A DNA stretch of 64,000 bases from a virus. A program made the translations under genes and the position numbers. Location: IMG/VR virus record IMGVR_UViG_3300025087_000048, positions 1-64,000 of that record; one strand, given 5' to 3'. Below are positions 47,791 to 56,923 of this stretch, one piece after another. Positions within the stretch are counted from its first letter, which is position 1. Each line of letters begins with the position of its first letter. The notes under the pieces were generated by a model. That model had not been told where the DNA came from, made no database searches, and saw only the letters and a list, made by a program, of their open reading frames with translations.

Positions 47791-48720
47791 CTATTCGTTA
47801 AACAACGACGGACCAAACTTCTTCGCAAGTGCATTCGCCGCCTGCTGTCTCAGTGTTCCAAATCCCGCCTTGTTCCCTAAAGAAATAGGAACCTTATAGA
47901 CGGGGGCTCCACCAGCCTGCGCGGGAGCCGCCTCGAGCTTTTTATTTGCAACCTCCTGCTCAAAATCCTTCTTCCCCTGCTCGTACGCCGCCTTCTTTGC
48001 CGTCTCCAACTGTGACCCAAAAGACGACGCCTGAAGCAGTTGCTCTCCAAGAGCGATCGGGTCCATCTGCCCACCAATCGCTTTCGCCGCTTGCTCCATA
48101 ACAAGATCCACATTGAACGACGGATCTTGGGCCTTCCGCTCCAACGCCTTCCTCAAGAGCGACAGATGATTCGTCAAGTACGTCTGGTACCACTGTTCCT
48201 TATTCGCCAACGTTGTGTTCATCGCCTGAGCAAACTGATTTAGCGTCTGATTCAAATTCTGAGCAAACTCCTGTCCCATCATCTGACGAAACTTCCCAAA
48301 CTGTTCCGCCACCGGGAGCCCTTCATACTCTTCAAATGTATTCCGCGTCTGTTGGGTCGGCTGCTCCGTCGCCTGCCGAACCTGCTGCCGACCCTGTCCA
48401 GTAAGCTTCGCCCGCAACACCGCCTCAACATCATCACCCCAGAGGGGCTGTACCGTCTGCCACCACTCGTTCCACCGCTGTGCCTGTGTCTGAGCTTCGT
48501 CATACTTCTTTTGCAAATCCCCGTGCTGCTGCGTCCACTTCCCATGTTCAGACTGAAGGGACTCATACGCTTTCCCAAGATCGTCAACTGAACCGTACTC
48601 TTTCCCGCCAAACTTCAGCGGCTGACCTGACGGCGCACCTGCACCGTTCGACACCGATGTTCCCGTCGATGCCGCCGCTGTCCCTGTTCCACCAACTCCG
48701 GTAACCGATTCATCCGCCAT
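47791..48720 (-). CDS. Capsid scaffolding protein
   Basis: Y.SVDDL.KAY.SLQ; Gln-rich and helical; directly upstream of the capsid gene. Confidence 0.75.
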   Translation of the reverse strand: MADESVTGVGGTGTAAASTGTSVSNGAGAPSGQPLKFGGKEYGSVDDLGKAYESLQSEHGKWTQQHGDLQKKYDEAQTQAQRWNEWWQTVQPLWGDDVEAVLRAKLTGQGRQQVRQATEQPTQQTRNTFEEYEGLPVAEQFGKFRQMMGQEFAQNLNQTLNQFAQAMNTTLANKEQWYQTYLTNHLSLLRKALERKAQDPSFNVDLVMEQAAKAIGGQMDPIALGEQLLQASSFGSQLETAKKAAYEQGKKDFEQEVANKKLEAAPAQAGGAPVYKVPISLGNKAGFGTLRQQAANALAKKFGPSLFNE

Positions 48721-48795
48721 GATATTCCTGTCTCCCTCAGAAGTTCCCGTTACGGTCCCCAGTTCCCTGGGCATAACGAGTTCTGGTTCGATATA

Positions 48796-49161
48796 TTACA
48801 TTCCTGGCATCATTCCCGGGGGCATCCCCGGAGGCATCCCGCCGCCAGCCGACGGGCCACCCATCATCGAACCACCACCGGCCCCTGGAGGCTGTGAGGC
48901 ACCCGGTCCGCCGGGTGGTCCCTCGAGCAGCACACGCAGAGCCTCGCTCGCAATCATTCCAACGCGAGGGTCCGATTTTGATACTTCCCGAAGCAATTGC
49001 ACAATCTGTGACATTTTCTCCTGAGTCGTATCTGGCGGTGGTGACTTCTGTCCAAGCATCATCGCCAGCATTGACATCGGCGACGCACTGTCTGGCGTCA
49101 CCCCCTGAGAAGCCGTCAATCCTGGAACAGGAGGAGCAAATCCCACAGGAGTTTGCGGCAT
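48796..49161 (-). CDS. Pro/Gly/Met-rich small protein
   Basis: GAGG SD; low complexity. Confidence 0.55.
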   Translation of the reverse strand: MPQTPVGFAPPVPGLTASQGVTPDSASPMSMLAMMLGQKSPPPDTTQEKMSQIVQLLREVSKSDPRVGMIASEALRVLLEGPPGGPGASQPPGAGGGSMMGGPSAGGGMPPGMPPGMMPGM

Positions 49162-49162
49162 G

Positions 49163-49360
49163 TTACATTCCTCGTCCAGACTTGAGACCACGCTTACCAA
49201 TCGAGAACGTCTTCGTTCCAAGAGACTTGTCCGCCTTATACAAAGACTTCGGACTCCCGACAAACCCACCACCAGCCCCACCTGGTGACGCAGATCCCTT
49301 GATCACAGACGACTTCCCGCCACCCTTGCTGCCCATCACCGCCTTGACCCCCTCACCCAT
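49163..49360 (-). CDS. Small basic Gly/Lys-rich protein
   Basis: GGGGGA SD; tight packing. Confidence 0.5.
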   Translation of the reverse strand: MGEGVKAVMGSKGGGKSSVIKGSASPGGAGGGFVGSPKSLYKADKSLGTKTFSIGKRGLKSGRGM

Positions 49361-49377
49361 ATATTCCCCCTATTCAG

Positions 49378-49581
49378 CTAGACACGCCGTTGATAGACCC
49401 GTGCTGTCTTCCGATCTCGAGTCGGAGAGAATACACGAGCCGCGCGCTTCGGCCCCAATGACCGAGCATCTCCACAATCCCGATGACCTTCCATGTCCGT
49501 ATAGTCACCAGACGAATCACGAATCCCTTGTGCCTTCTCGGTCGATTCGCGCGCTGGCCCCATTGAAGACATCGCCTTCAT
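49378..49581 (-). CDS. Small hypothetical protein
   Basis: ATGA overlap; AAGGA SD. Confidence 0.5.
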   Translation of the reverse strand: MKAMSSMGPARESTEKAQGIRDSSGDYTDMEGHRDCGDARSLGPKRAARVFSPTRDRKTARVYQRRV

Positions 49582-49736
49582 GACATTTTCCTTGAACCAG
49601 TAGGCAACTTTGGCGTCATCTTCTTTTTATTCGCCGTAGCGTAAAAATTACTTTTGCCCTTCTTCGACCCGTACCGAGCCACCATTGATCGCATGACTTT
49701 ATCTCCTCGCCCCTTGAAGTACGCATTAACTGGAAT
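49578..49736 (-). CDS. Small basic protein (M)PVNAYFKGRGDKVMRSM..YGSKKGK..FYATANK, probable ATT start
   Basis: Read manually; GGAG-N7-ATT; in-frame TAA just upstream. Confidence 0.55.
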   Translation of the reverse strand: MPVNAYFKGRGDKVMRSMVARYGSKKGKSNFYATANKKKMTPKLPTGSRKMS

Positions 49737-49758
49737 TGTTTTTCTCCATTAGACACAG

Positions 49759-50190
49759 TTACATCGCCCCTGGAACACTCGGCGGACGCAACTGCCGCAC
49801 CATCTGATCCGGACTTGGCATCCCCGTCTGCCCTGGCATCCCCACAGGAACACCCTGTTGAGACAATTCATCATTGGAACGATGCGGTTTTGACACAAAC
49901 TTGCCACTCTTTTCAAGAGCTTCCCTCAATCCCATCCCAGCAAAAAGAAGAACCGCAGCCGGATTCAACTGCTTCGTCTGCGGGTCCATCAGCAGAAGAG
50001 ACACACGCTGAAATAAATCTAAATCAGATCCACCGTCTGGACCACCTTGCATCAGTCCAGGAACTTGACTACCTGGAGGACCACCAGCTCCGGGCGCTCC
50101 ACCCATCGGAGGACCTTGCATCACTGGGGGCGTCGCCCCCCTATTCAAAAATCCAGGAACACTTGAAAATGGCGACGGAGCAAGCGGCAT
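49759..50190 (-). CDS. Pro/Gly-rich hypothetical protein
   Basis: GGAGG SD; follows the portal gene. Confidence 0.6.
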   Translation of the reverse strand: MPLAPSPFSSVPGFLNRGATPPVMQGPPMGGAPGAGGPPGSQVPGLMQGGPDGGSDLDLFQRVSLLLMDPQTKQLNPAAVLLFAGMGLREALEKSGKFVSKPHRSNDELSQQGVPVGMPGQTGMPSPDQMVRQLRPPSVPGAM

Positions 50191-50265
50191 ATTATCCTCC
50201 AACTAATCAATCACACACTTACAACTCGTGGTCAATAGTTGCACCATAAGACCACCTATTTATTT

Positions 50266-51939
50266 TTAACGCCGCCCACTTTTTCCTTTCGGCGGAGGCG
50301 GTTGAGGCAACTTTGCTAGTTCTTCCAACCCCTCCTGAATCAGCTCATCCGGGTCTCCAAGATCTGCTTCGCCAAGAATTCGACGCACGCTTGGAGCCAC
50401 CCCAGTCGCTGCTCGCAACTGAAGAGCTGCCATCACACGCTGAATGCGTGTACTCGCAAGAGAACTTCCAGGCGTCACCAAAAACTTAAAATCACGATAC
50501 ATCCGAGACCGCTCCTCCGCTGGACGCGCATTCCCCTCGTCATCCTGAAGCAACTTTTGCCGTTCAAACGTATACGAAACCCACTCGTGACTTGGGCCTT
50601 GCTGAAAGAGAATACGATCTGATGTATAATATTGAAAAATACGAGAAATAATCTTCTGCCCGACACGCCCCAACAACGATTCAAACCGACGAGCAACAGA
50701 ACGAATCAGCACCTGACGAGAACTCTGCAATCCCTCTAACCCGGCTCCAGGTCCTGATTCTCCACGAGACCCAGACGGGTCCATATTCCCGGTCAACAAA
50801 TCGCACAACTGCATGAGAGATTGAATCGCCGTTGGAGTCCCAGGATCAGCAGGAATCGGAGCTTGATATTCAAACTGACGATTAGGCTTTTTCCGTACAA
50901 TCAGTCCAGCATCATTGTCAAGTTTATCCCACTGATCTGGATCGAGTGCATCTGCATCGGCGATCACACGGAAGTTACTTCCAAGCAACAGATTTTTAAT
51001 CCACGAATCTCCCATCCGATTGATTGCTTCTTGAAGCCTCTTCAGATCTTGAACCTCACCAATTCCCCATGGATGATCAAAATCAACATCCCACTCAAAC
51101 ATATCAATAGGCCATTCGCCATCCCAGTTTTTATTTGCTTCATCCACAAGAATCAAATTACCAGCTCGTGTGACATGTCGCCCACCAGGAAACAGAAGAT
51201 CACCCTCCGTGTTTATTTGTGGATCATTAATCCAGTAATCCCGCAATTCTGCCCGTGGAATCGGCCCTGATTTTCTCGACGCTCCAGGGTGATACGGACG
51301 AGGCAACATTGCAAGTGCCGCCGAGATCAACGACGTTTTATTCTTCTCAACATAGGAACTCAATCGCTCGTCCGGTTGTACCAACGCACCACGCCCCGGA
51401 AATCGTTTTCTGATTTCAGCCAACGATGTCGGTGTATCAATTCGAAGATATTGTGCATGTCGTAAATCCGCCCCAGAGGATACACCCGGGTCAATTTGAA
51501 CACGACGAGGGTCAATAAACGAAAGAACAATATCATCCTGAATCGGATCGTACATTGTCGAAATAAACCCAGGACCGATCGTCATCGCAAATAAACACAT
51601 TCGATAGAACACATCGTCCGTTTCATTCCGATCAAAAATAGCACGTGTTGCGTTGTACAGCACCGATGCCGCTTTTGTCAATTCTAGCTTCTGTGCGCTG
51701 ATACGAATTTGCGGCTTCATCTCAGTCACCGCACTGATTTTTCGTTTCACTTGATTCTTGATAATATTAACCAAGAAGTATGGAGCCCGTTTAATCTTCC
51801 ACTGATCCCCCTGCACCTGCCGAATATTCTCCTCCCATGGGCGAGCGATCTCCCGCTTCGCAGACTCGGATTCGCTATCCAACGCATCCAGAAACCGAAT
51901 CAGCGTCAGCTCTTCGCCCTTCGGAGGAAGACTTGCCAT
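50266..51939 (-). CDS. Portal protein (P22-like)
   Basis: G.QW...VNIIK.QV, IDP..V.IDP, WGIGEV.DL..LQ.AIN; follows the terminase. Confidence 0.85.
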   Translation of the reverse strand: MASLPPKGEELTLIRFLDALDSESESAKREIARPWEENIRQVQGDQWKIKRAPYFLVNIIKNQVKRKISAVTEMKPQIRISAQKLELTKAASVLYNATRAIFDRNETDDVFYRMCLFAMTIGPGFISTMYDPIQDDIVLSFIDPRRVQIDPGVSSGADLRHAQYLRIDTPTSLAEIRKRFPGRGALVQPDERLSSYVEKNKTSLISAALAMLPRPYHPGASRKSGPIPRAELRDYWINDPQINTEGDLLFPGGRHVTRAGNLILVDEANKNWDGEWPIDMFEWDVDFDHPWGIGEVQDLKRLQEAINRMGDSWIKNLLLGSNFRVIADADALDPDQWDKLDNDAGLIVRKKPNRQFEYQAPIPADPGTPTAIQSLMQLCDLLTGNMDPSGSRGESGPGAGLEGLQSSRQVLIRSVARRFESLLGRVGQKIISRIFQYYTSDRILFQQGPSHEWVSYTFERQKLLQDDEGNARPAEERSRMYRDFKFLVTPGSSLASTRIQRVMAALQLRAATGVAPSVRRILGEADLGDPDELIQEGLEELAKLPQPPPPKGKSGRR

Positions 51940-52430
51940 TAGACCCCTTTCGCAGCACCAAGCCCAGTCGGGCAATCAGACGTATGTCCAAACGCCGCCA
52001 GCTTGTTAAAGTGGCACGGAGCACAACAATACTTTGCCTGTGCGAATCGTGATCTAAACATCCCGCCACATGTCCCGCACGGACGTTCCTCATTCGGTTT
52101 CTTCCCCGCTTCCCATGCCGCCAGCAAAAACGGAGAAAAGAGCTCCGACCGATCGGACACAATCATGACATATCCAAGAAACATTTGCCATAATGGCACT
52201 TGCATAGCCTCTTTCGCTTCACGAATCAGCATCTGCGTGTCTTCTGGAAGATACGGAATAAGAATTTCAGCCGCCTTCTCAGGGTCATCCTCCATCACAA
52301 AAACAGAACCAGGCTCGTTAGGCAGAAAATCCATTTCCACATTCGGAGGAACATTCAATTCCAACGTAGGTGGTCCCTGTTCCACAGTTGCACCAGATCC
52401 AAATCGACGACCAATCTTCGGCACTGCCAT
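51939..52430 (-). CDS. Zinc-binding hypothetical protein
   Basis: CGTCG..F......KYCC..C. Confidence 0.6.
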   Translation of the reverse strand: MAVPKIGRRFGSGATVEQGPPTLELNVPPNVEMDFLPNEPGSVFVMEDDPEKAAEILIPYLPEDTQMLIREAKEAMQVPLWQMFLGYVMIVSDRSELFSPFLLAAWEAGKKPNEERPCGTCGGMFRSRFAQAKYCCAPCHFNKLAAFGHTSDCPTGLGAAKGV

Positions 52431-52441
52431 ACATTCCCCTT

Positions 52442-55315
52442 TCATTCCCAAGGTTCATCTTCTCGCCCACCAACCATCCTACGGAATGTTCTATCACATT
52501 CCCAAGGTTCAGGCTCCCGCTTCTCTGCCCCACCAGATACGGTATCGCGTGACACTAACTTCTGAAGCCCATAATATTTCTCAAAACATTCATCATCTGA
52601 TGTCAAAAGAGCAATCATCCACGCAATCGCTCGATCATCATGATGTCCAGCAACAGCCCCCCATTCGTTCGGACCCTTCTGCACGAACATTTCCAATTCA
52701 CGCAGGAGTGATTCACTGGCGATGTGGACCCGGCCATTCACCATCTCATGAGATGCAAACCCAACGAGCCACGGCTTCGATTTAGAATTCGTCTCCCAGC
52801 CCGTTTTTCGAGAATAGCGAGGCACCACCTCATCCCTATACCTCCAGACGTAATTATTTGAATAGCCCATCTTACTTAGTTGTTGATTTGTCCCACCGCC
52901 AATCCCATTTGTTTCAACTGCAATCTGTGCAGTGTTATAATATTTCCCTAACCAGTACAACACGTTTGCGAGTTCAAACGGATCAACAGCCCGTGATGTC
53001 CACTCAGCCACCTGCTTATTCGATCCCCGCTGCAACACGCACGCGACCGACGAATCCAAATCCTCTTCCATCGAATCATCTCGACCTTGGCCCATCGCCA
53101 CATCTATGCCAATGTCATATGCCTTCCCCTGTTCTGGCTCATCCCAGATCCACAGTTTACCTTGTGGCGCATCAAGAATCCGTGGACCCGAATGCACCTC
53201 AGCCATTCGCATCGGGGGACGCACTCCATGCCGAAGCTCCCGCAACGATTTCGCAGGAAATACCTGTGCCCCAGGGGTCACCCACGCATCTTCAACCGTA
53301 TTATGCGTAAGAATTCCATTGGTATCATGAAGATGGTCAGGAGCAACACGAAAATCGTACACATCCACACACCCGGCCGATGTAACAGACTTTACTCGAT
53401 CGCTTAACACATGACGTAAACGAACCTTTCCAGAAGGATATGCACGACGCCCATTTTGTTTACGTGCCGAAACAAATCCGATCTTCTCGTGAAATAAAGT
53501 TGCTTCAGACGCCGATAAATAAAGCATCGTTTTATACCCAAGAGACCCATCAATATACGGACGGCTCTGTCTTTCTCGTCGCAACCGCCCCTTAATTCCA
53601 AACGCAAGCAATAATAATTGAATATCACGACAGAACTGCTCCCCCTTTGAACAAAAAACAACTTTCGCCTGACGATTTCCAGCGTAACCGTCACTTTCAA
53701 ACAAAGCGGATAAAAATCTGCGAACACAGGGCTGCGGACTCCGAAAGATAGCCTCCGGAACACGAACCACTCGATGCCACAAACCCTTCCCAGAATACTG
53801 TTCGGCGATTTCAAATTGAGATAACAGGTGTATCCAATCGCGTGTAAACGATCGTACGCCAATAGCCCCCTGCAACCGATGTCGTCGTGTAATTGATGGT
53901 CGAGTACCCCGCGACGTTAAATAACCAGATGCAACAATACCAACCACACGTTCTATATCTTCAACCACATCCATATCTCGACTATCAGAAGCAATCTCGA
54001 CACAGTGCCCATCAAAACTTCCATCTCCCAGATAATACCCAAGAAATGCAGATAATTCTTCTGTTACCAACACGCTACTCTGTACACCAGGAGAAGAAAT
54101 CCAACGATGAACAAACATAGATTCAGACAAGCGAGGGGGTTCTAACGTAAGAACCATATCTTCCAACAGATCTTTTGCTTCAATAAACGCATCACCAACA
54201 ACAAATGGATGATTGGGAGTACATTGAACACGATACCCATCTTTAGTTTCCACAAGAACAGTCTCATGTACCCCTTGTGGCAACCACTCCTTTACTACAC
54301 GAGACCCAGAAAGTTCTGAAACTCCTTGTGCTTGATCAATCCGAATCAAGCCAAGATTCGTTCCGACTCGAGTATCTCCGGACACACACAAAGGAAAACT
54401 TTGCCGAAACAGATCCCAATCGTTCCCCATTTCACCGAGCTTTTCCCGCATCCATTTGATATGTCCAGGATTCAACCCGAATTCCGCTACGATATGGCGC
54501 TCATTCGCTGAAAACTCGATGGACTCACCCACGTTCAATGGCATACAATATTCAGGCTGAAGGAACCATGGGACAAAGGTAAATTCAAACGCGGTATCTC
54601 CACGCATGGATGCTTCACAAAAATCTCGATACCACGTCCCTGCCATTTCAGCAGAAGACTCCATGATAATAATCGTCCCAGGAACCCGATGGACTGCCGG
54701 GATGACCCCGTCAAGCACAAACGCCGGATCAGGGAACCGGGCACATTCTGACAAATGAGCAACCTGCCAATTCGCACCTATAGCTATGTTTTTCTTGTGG
54801 GCAGACTCCACCACAATTCTCGATCGTAACCCTGGATCATGTTTACGCGTTGCCTGGGAGGGATTGGCAAACACCAGTTCCCGTTTGGTAATATACCGAC
54901 CCACTGGGCGAATATCATCATCCAGATGGTCATAAAATGTCCGTGAAATCTCGAAGAGCGTCCGTGCCCGTTCAGCTTGATCAGCCAGCACCAACGCGTT
55001 CACATGAGGCCAAAGCATTGTCCGCCATGCAACCAACGATTCGGCCAACGTGCTGGCCCCAACCTGGCGAGCTTTCAACCAAACACATCGCGCAAACCCT
55101 CGAGCTTCAAATTGGCGCTCAATAGATTCAAGAAGTGGGATTTGGCACGGCCAGAAGTTAAACGGGTTATCCCCAATTCTTAACTGCTCCGATGCGAACG
55201 CCCGGAAATCCCGACGGTACCGGACAATCTTCTGTGCCGATTGCTGTGCTTCGCCAAGCACGACCCCCGTATCAACCGTCCGAGTCAAGGTAACCGGTAT
55301 CTCCGCTTCCGACAT
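52442..55315 (-). CDS. terL: Terminase large subunit with a LAGLIDADG intein
   Basis: LKARQVGAST (Walker A), HLSECA (Walker B), IMESSA, IGIDVA, IAVETNG, HDDRAIA. Confidence 0.95.
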   Translation of the reverse strand: MSEAEIPVTLTRTVDTGVVLGEAQQSAQKIVRYRRDFRAFASEQLRIGDNPFNFWPCQIPLLESIERQFEARGFARCVWLKARQVGASTLAESLVAWRTMLWPHVNALVLADQAERARTLFEISRTFYDHLDDDIRPVGRYITKRELVFANPSQATRKHDPGLRSRIVVESAHKKNIAIGANWQVAHLSECARFPDPAFVLDGVIPAVHRVPGTIIIMESSAEMAGTWYRDFCEASMRGDTAFEFTFVPWFLQPEYCMPLNVGESIEFSANERHIVAEFGLNPGHIKWMREKLGEMGNDWDLFRQSFPLCVSGDTRVGTNLGLIRIDQAQGVSELSGSRVVKEWLPQGVHETVLVETKDGYRVQCTPNHPFVVGDAFIEAKDLLEDMVLTLEPPRLSESMFVHRWISSPGVQSSVLVTEELSAFLGYYLGDGSFDGHCVEIASDSRDMDVVEDIERVVGIVASGYLTSRGTRPSITRRHRLQGAIGVRSFTRDWIHLLSQFEIAEQYSGKGLWHRVVRVPEAIFRSPQPCVRRFLSALFESDGYAGNRQAKVVFCSKGEQFCRDIQLLLLAFGIKGRLRRERQSRPYIDGSLGYKTMLYLSASEATLFHEKIGFVSARKQNGRRAYPSGKVRLRHVLSDRVKSVTSAGCVDVYDFRVAPDHLHDTNGILTHNTVEDAWVTPGAQVFPAKSLRELRHGVRPPMRMAEVHSGPRILDAPQGKLWIWDEPEQGKAYDIGIDVAMGQGRDDSMEEDLDSSVACVLQRGSNKQVAEWTSRAVDPFELANVLYWLGKYYNTAQIAVETNGIGGGTNQQLSKMGYSNNYVWRYRDEVVPRYSRKTGWETNSKSKPWLVGFASHEMVNGRVHIASESLLRELEMFVQKGPNEWGAVAGHHDDRAIAWMIALLTSDDECFEKYYGLQKLVSRDTVSGGAEKREPEPWECDRTFRRMVGGREDEPWE
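53300..54388 (-). mobile_element. Intein with homing endonuclease (363 aa) in TerL
   Basis: FPL|CVSGDT...CTPNHPF...LGYYLGDG...LSALFESDG...VYDF.V...NGILTHN|T. Confidence 0.93.
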
Positions 55316-55497
55316 TGCCCAGAACAAAACCTTGTATATTGCCCTGTCGCATTCGCTGCAATATCATGTCCGCATACCTCACACACACGCCCGGACCCAG
55401 CGAATTTATACCCGCGCGGCACGTCCCTCCCAGGCACACGTTCAACCCGTTCACGTCCCGTCAAACCCAACTGCTGTCGTCTCCGCGCTTCACCCAT
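55285..55497 (-). CDS. Small zinc-finger protein
   Basis: MGEARRR; CEVCG...FCSGQCRKR. Confidence 0.6.
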   Translation of the reverse strand: MGEARRRQQLGLTGRERVERVPGRDVPRGYKFAGSGRVCEVCGHDIAANATGQYTRFCSGQCRKRRYRLP

Positions 55498-55717
55498 GTT
55501 CGACCTCTTCCTCGTCTTCTAACCAACGCGGAGGCAAAACAACATGTGTCCCGCCTTCCTGCAACCGCGCTTCGGCCGTTGGTCCGAGCTGACGAAACAC
55601 GGTTTCGAGACGATTCACACGACGCTGCAATTTCACAAAGTTCACTACAGCAAATACAATAAGGTATACATACGATATTATAAAGAGAACCAGTAAAACG
55701 TTATTTCCCATGTTCAA
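55490..55717 (-). CDS. Small membrane protein
   Basis: N-terminal TM helix, acidic tail. Confidence 0.55.
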   Translation of the reverse strand: MNMGNNVLLVLFIISYVYLIVFAVVNFVKLQRRVNRLETVFRQLGPTAEARLQEGGTHVVLPPRWLEDEEEVEHG

Positions 55718-55910
55718 AGATCCTTTCCCATCCCGATCTAAATAGTTTTGAAGTAAAACGGATCTGCGAATAACTCTTCCACGTCCGTGACCCTACCTGA
55801 GCCTCCCGAGGTCGTACCTGTCCGTACTCTCGGACTTCACGAGCCACATCGTCCTTGTATTCCAAAGCCCGCCGTTCTAGCACACGATCTAAATGGGCAG
55901 ACTTTGCCAT
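55701..55910 (-). CDS. Hypothetical protein
   Basis: TGATG coupling; FRSGWERIF ending. Confidence 0.55.
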   Translation of the reverse strand: MAKSAHLDRVLERRALEYKDDVAREVREYGQVRPREAQVGSRTWKSYSQIRFTSKLFRSGWERIFEHGK

Positions 55911-56146
55911 CAGCCCTGCTCCTCGATCCCCGCCACCAATTTCAACACATCGGCCGTCGTCGGACGCCCCCCGCCACGCTTCCGTATCATGGTCTTTCCT
56001 TCTCCGAGGATATACTTGGCCAACAATTCAGATACCTTGATTTGATCCTGGGGCTCCGACTTGTCTGACCCCATCATCGTCACCCAAAACTCAGTCAGCA
56101 TCACACGAAGATCCTCTTTCGTGACCTCCTGCTCCTCTGTCGTCAA
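55910..56146 (-). CDS. Hypothetical protein, possibly terminase small subunit-like
   Basis: DQIKVSELLAKY resembles the TerS D.IKA.ELL.K motif; close to terL. Confidence 0.4.
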   Translation of the reverse strand: MTTEEQEVTKEDLRVMLTEFWVTMMGSDKSEPQDQIKVSELLAKYILGEGKTMIRKRGGGRPTTADVLKLVAGIEEQG

Positions 56147-56595
56147 ACCGGGATCACCTCCACCCCCTGCTTCTGTTCCTTCTCACGTGTATCATCAAAC
56201 TGTGCCTGACGCACTGCGGCGATTACTTCAGAAAGAAGCACTTCCCAAATATCCTGATGCAAAAGAATCCCCTCCCCGGACGGCTTTCCAAACTTGTACT
56301 TCCTCAAATCGAAATAACACCCGCGAGACCATTGAATCTTTGAAAATCTATATTCTGTCTCCCGATGCTGAAAATATAAATTCGGATGCTTAATCCGACA
56401 AATGATCTCTTTACATCGCTCAAAGAATTCATAATCCATACGGCCTTTTGGCCACGTACCGCCAGCTGTTCGTTTCTTTGGGTACCGTTTGCCAGGGCTA
56501 AACTCAATCGGGGACATCGGCCGTAGCACACGAACCTTCGAATCCAATGCAAACGACCGACGAACCTCCGTCGGTCGCTTAATTTCAAACCCCAT
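56143..56595 (-). CDS. PC4/YdbC-like ssDNA-binding protein
   Basis: YFDLRKY..GKPS..GI.L....W. Confidence 0.6.
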   Translation of the reverse strand: MGFEIKRPTEVRRSFALDSKVRVLRPMSPIEFSPGKRYPKKRTAGGTWPKGRMDYEFFERCKEIICRIKHPNLYFQHRETEYRFSKIQWSRGCYFDLRKYKFGKPSGEGILLHQDIWEVLLSEVIAAVRQAQFDDTREKEQKQGVEVIPV

Positions 56596-56891
56596 TACTT
56601 CGACTCCACCTCAGTCCTGCACTCTTTCGGAGACCCACCCAATGCCAGACATGCTGCTTTTAACTCACGCTCGAGTCCAAGACCCCACTGCACCATCGTT
56701 TTTAGATCAGGCTCCCAGAGGTTCACACAGCGCCCACGTTGCCCGTTGACCACTTGGCAATCTATGACGTCAGGCTGGACGGTCAACGTCGGTCGTGGGG
56801 GAATCTGGGGCCTGTAGGGTGCCATTGAGACGCTAGGTGCAGCACAGGCTGTCAACAGCATTATGCTAAAACACAGAACCACAAGTTTCAT
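56595..56891 (-). CDS. Lipoprotein, possibly o-spanin-like
   Basis: Signal peptide with lipobox LTAC; Pro-rich segment. Confidence 0.6.
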   Translation of the reverse strand: MKLVVLCFSIMLLTACAAPSVSMAPYRPQIPPRPTLTVQPDVIDCQVVNGQRGRCVNLWEPDLKTMVQWGLGLERELKAACLALGGSPKECRTEVESK

Positions 56892-56923
56892 ACATCCCCC
56901 TCCACAATACCAACAACAGCATA

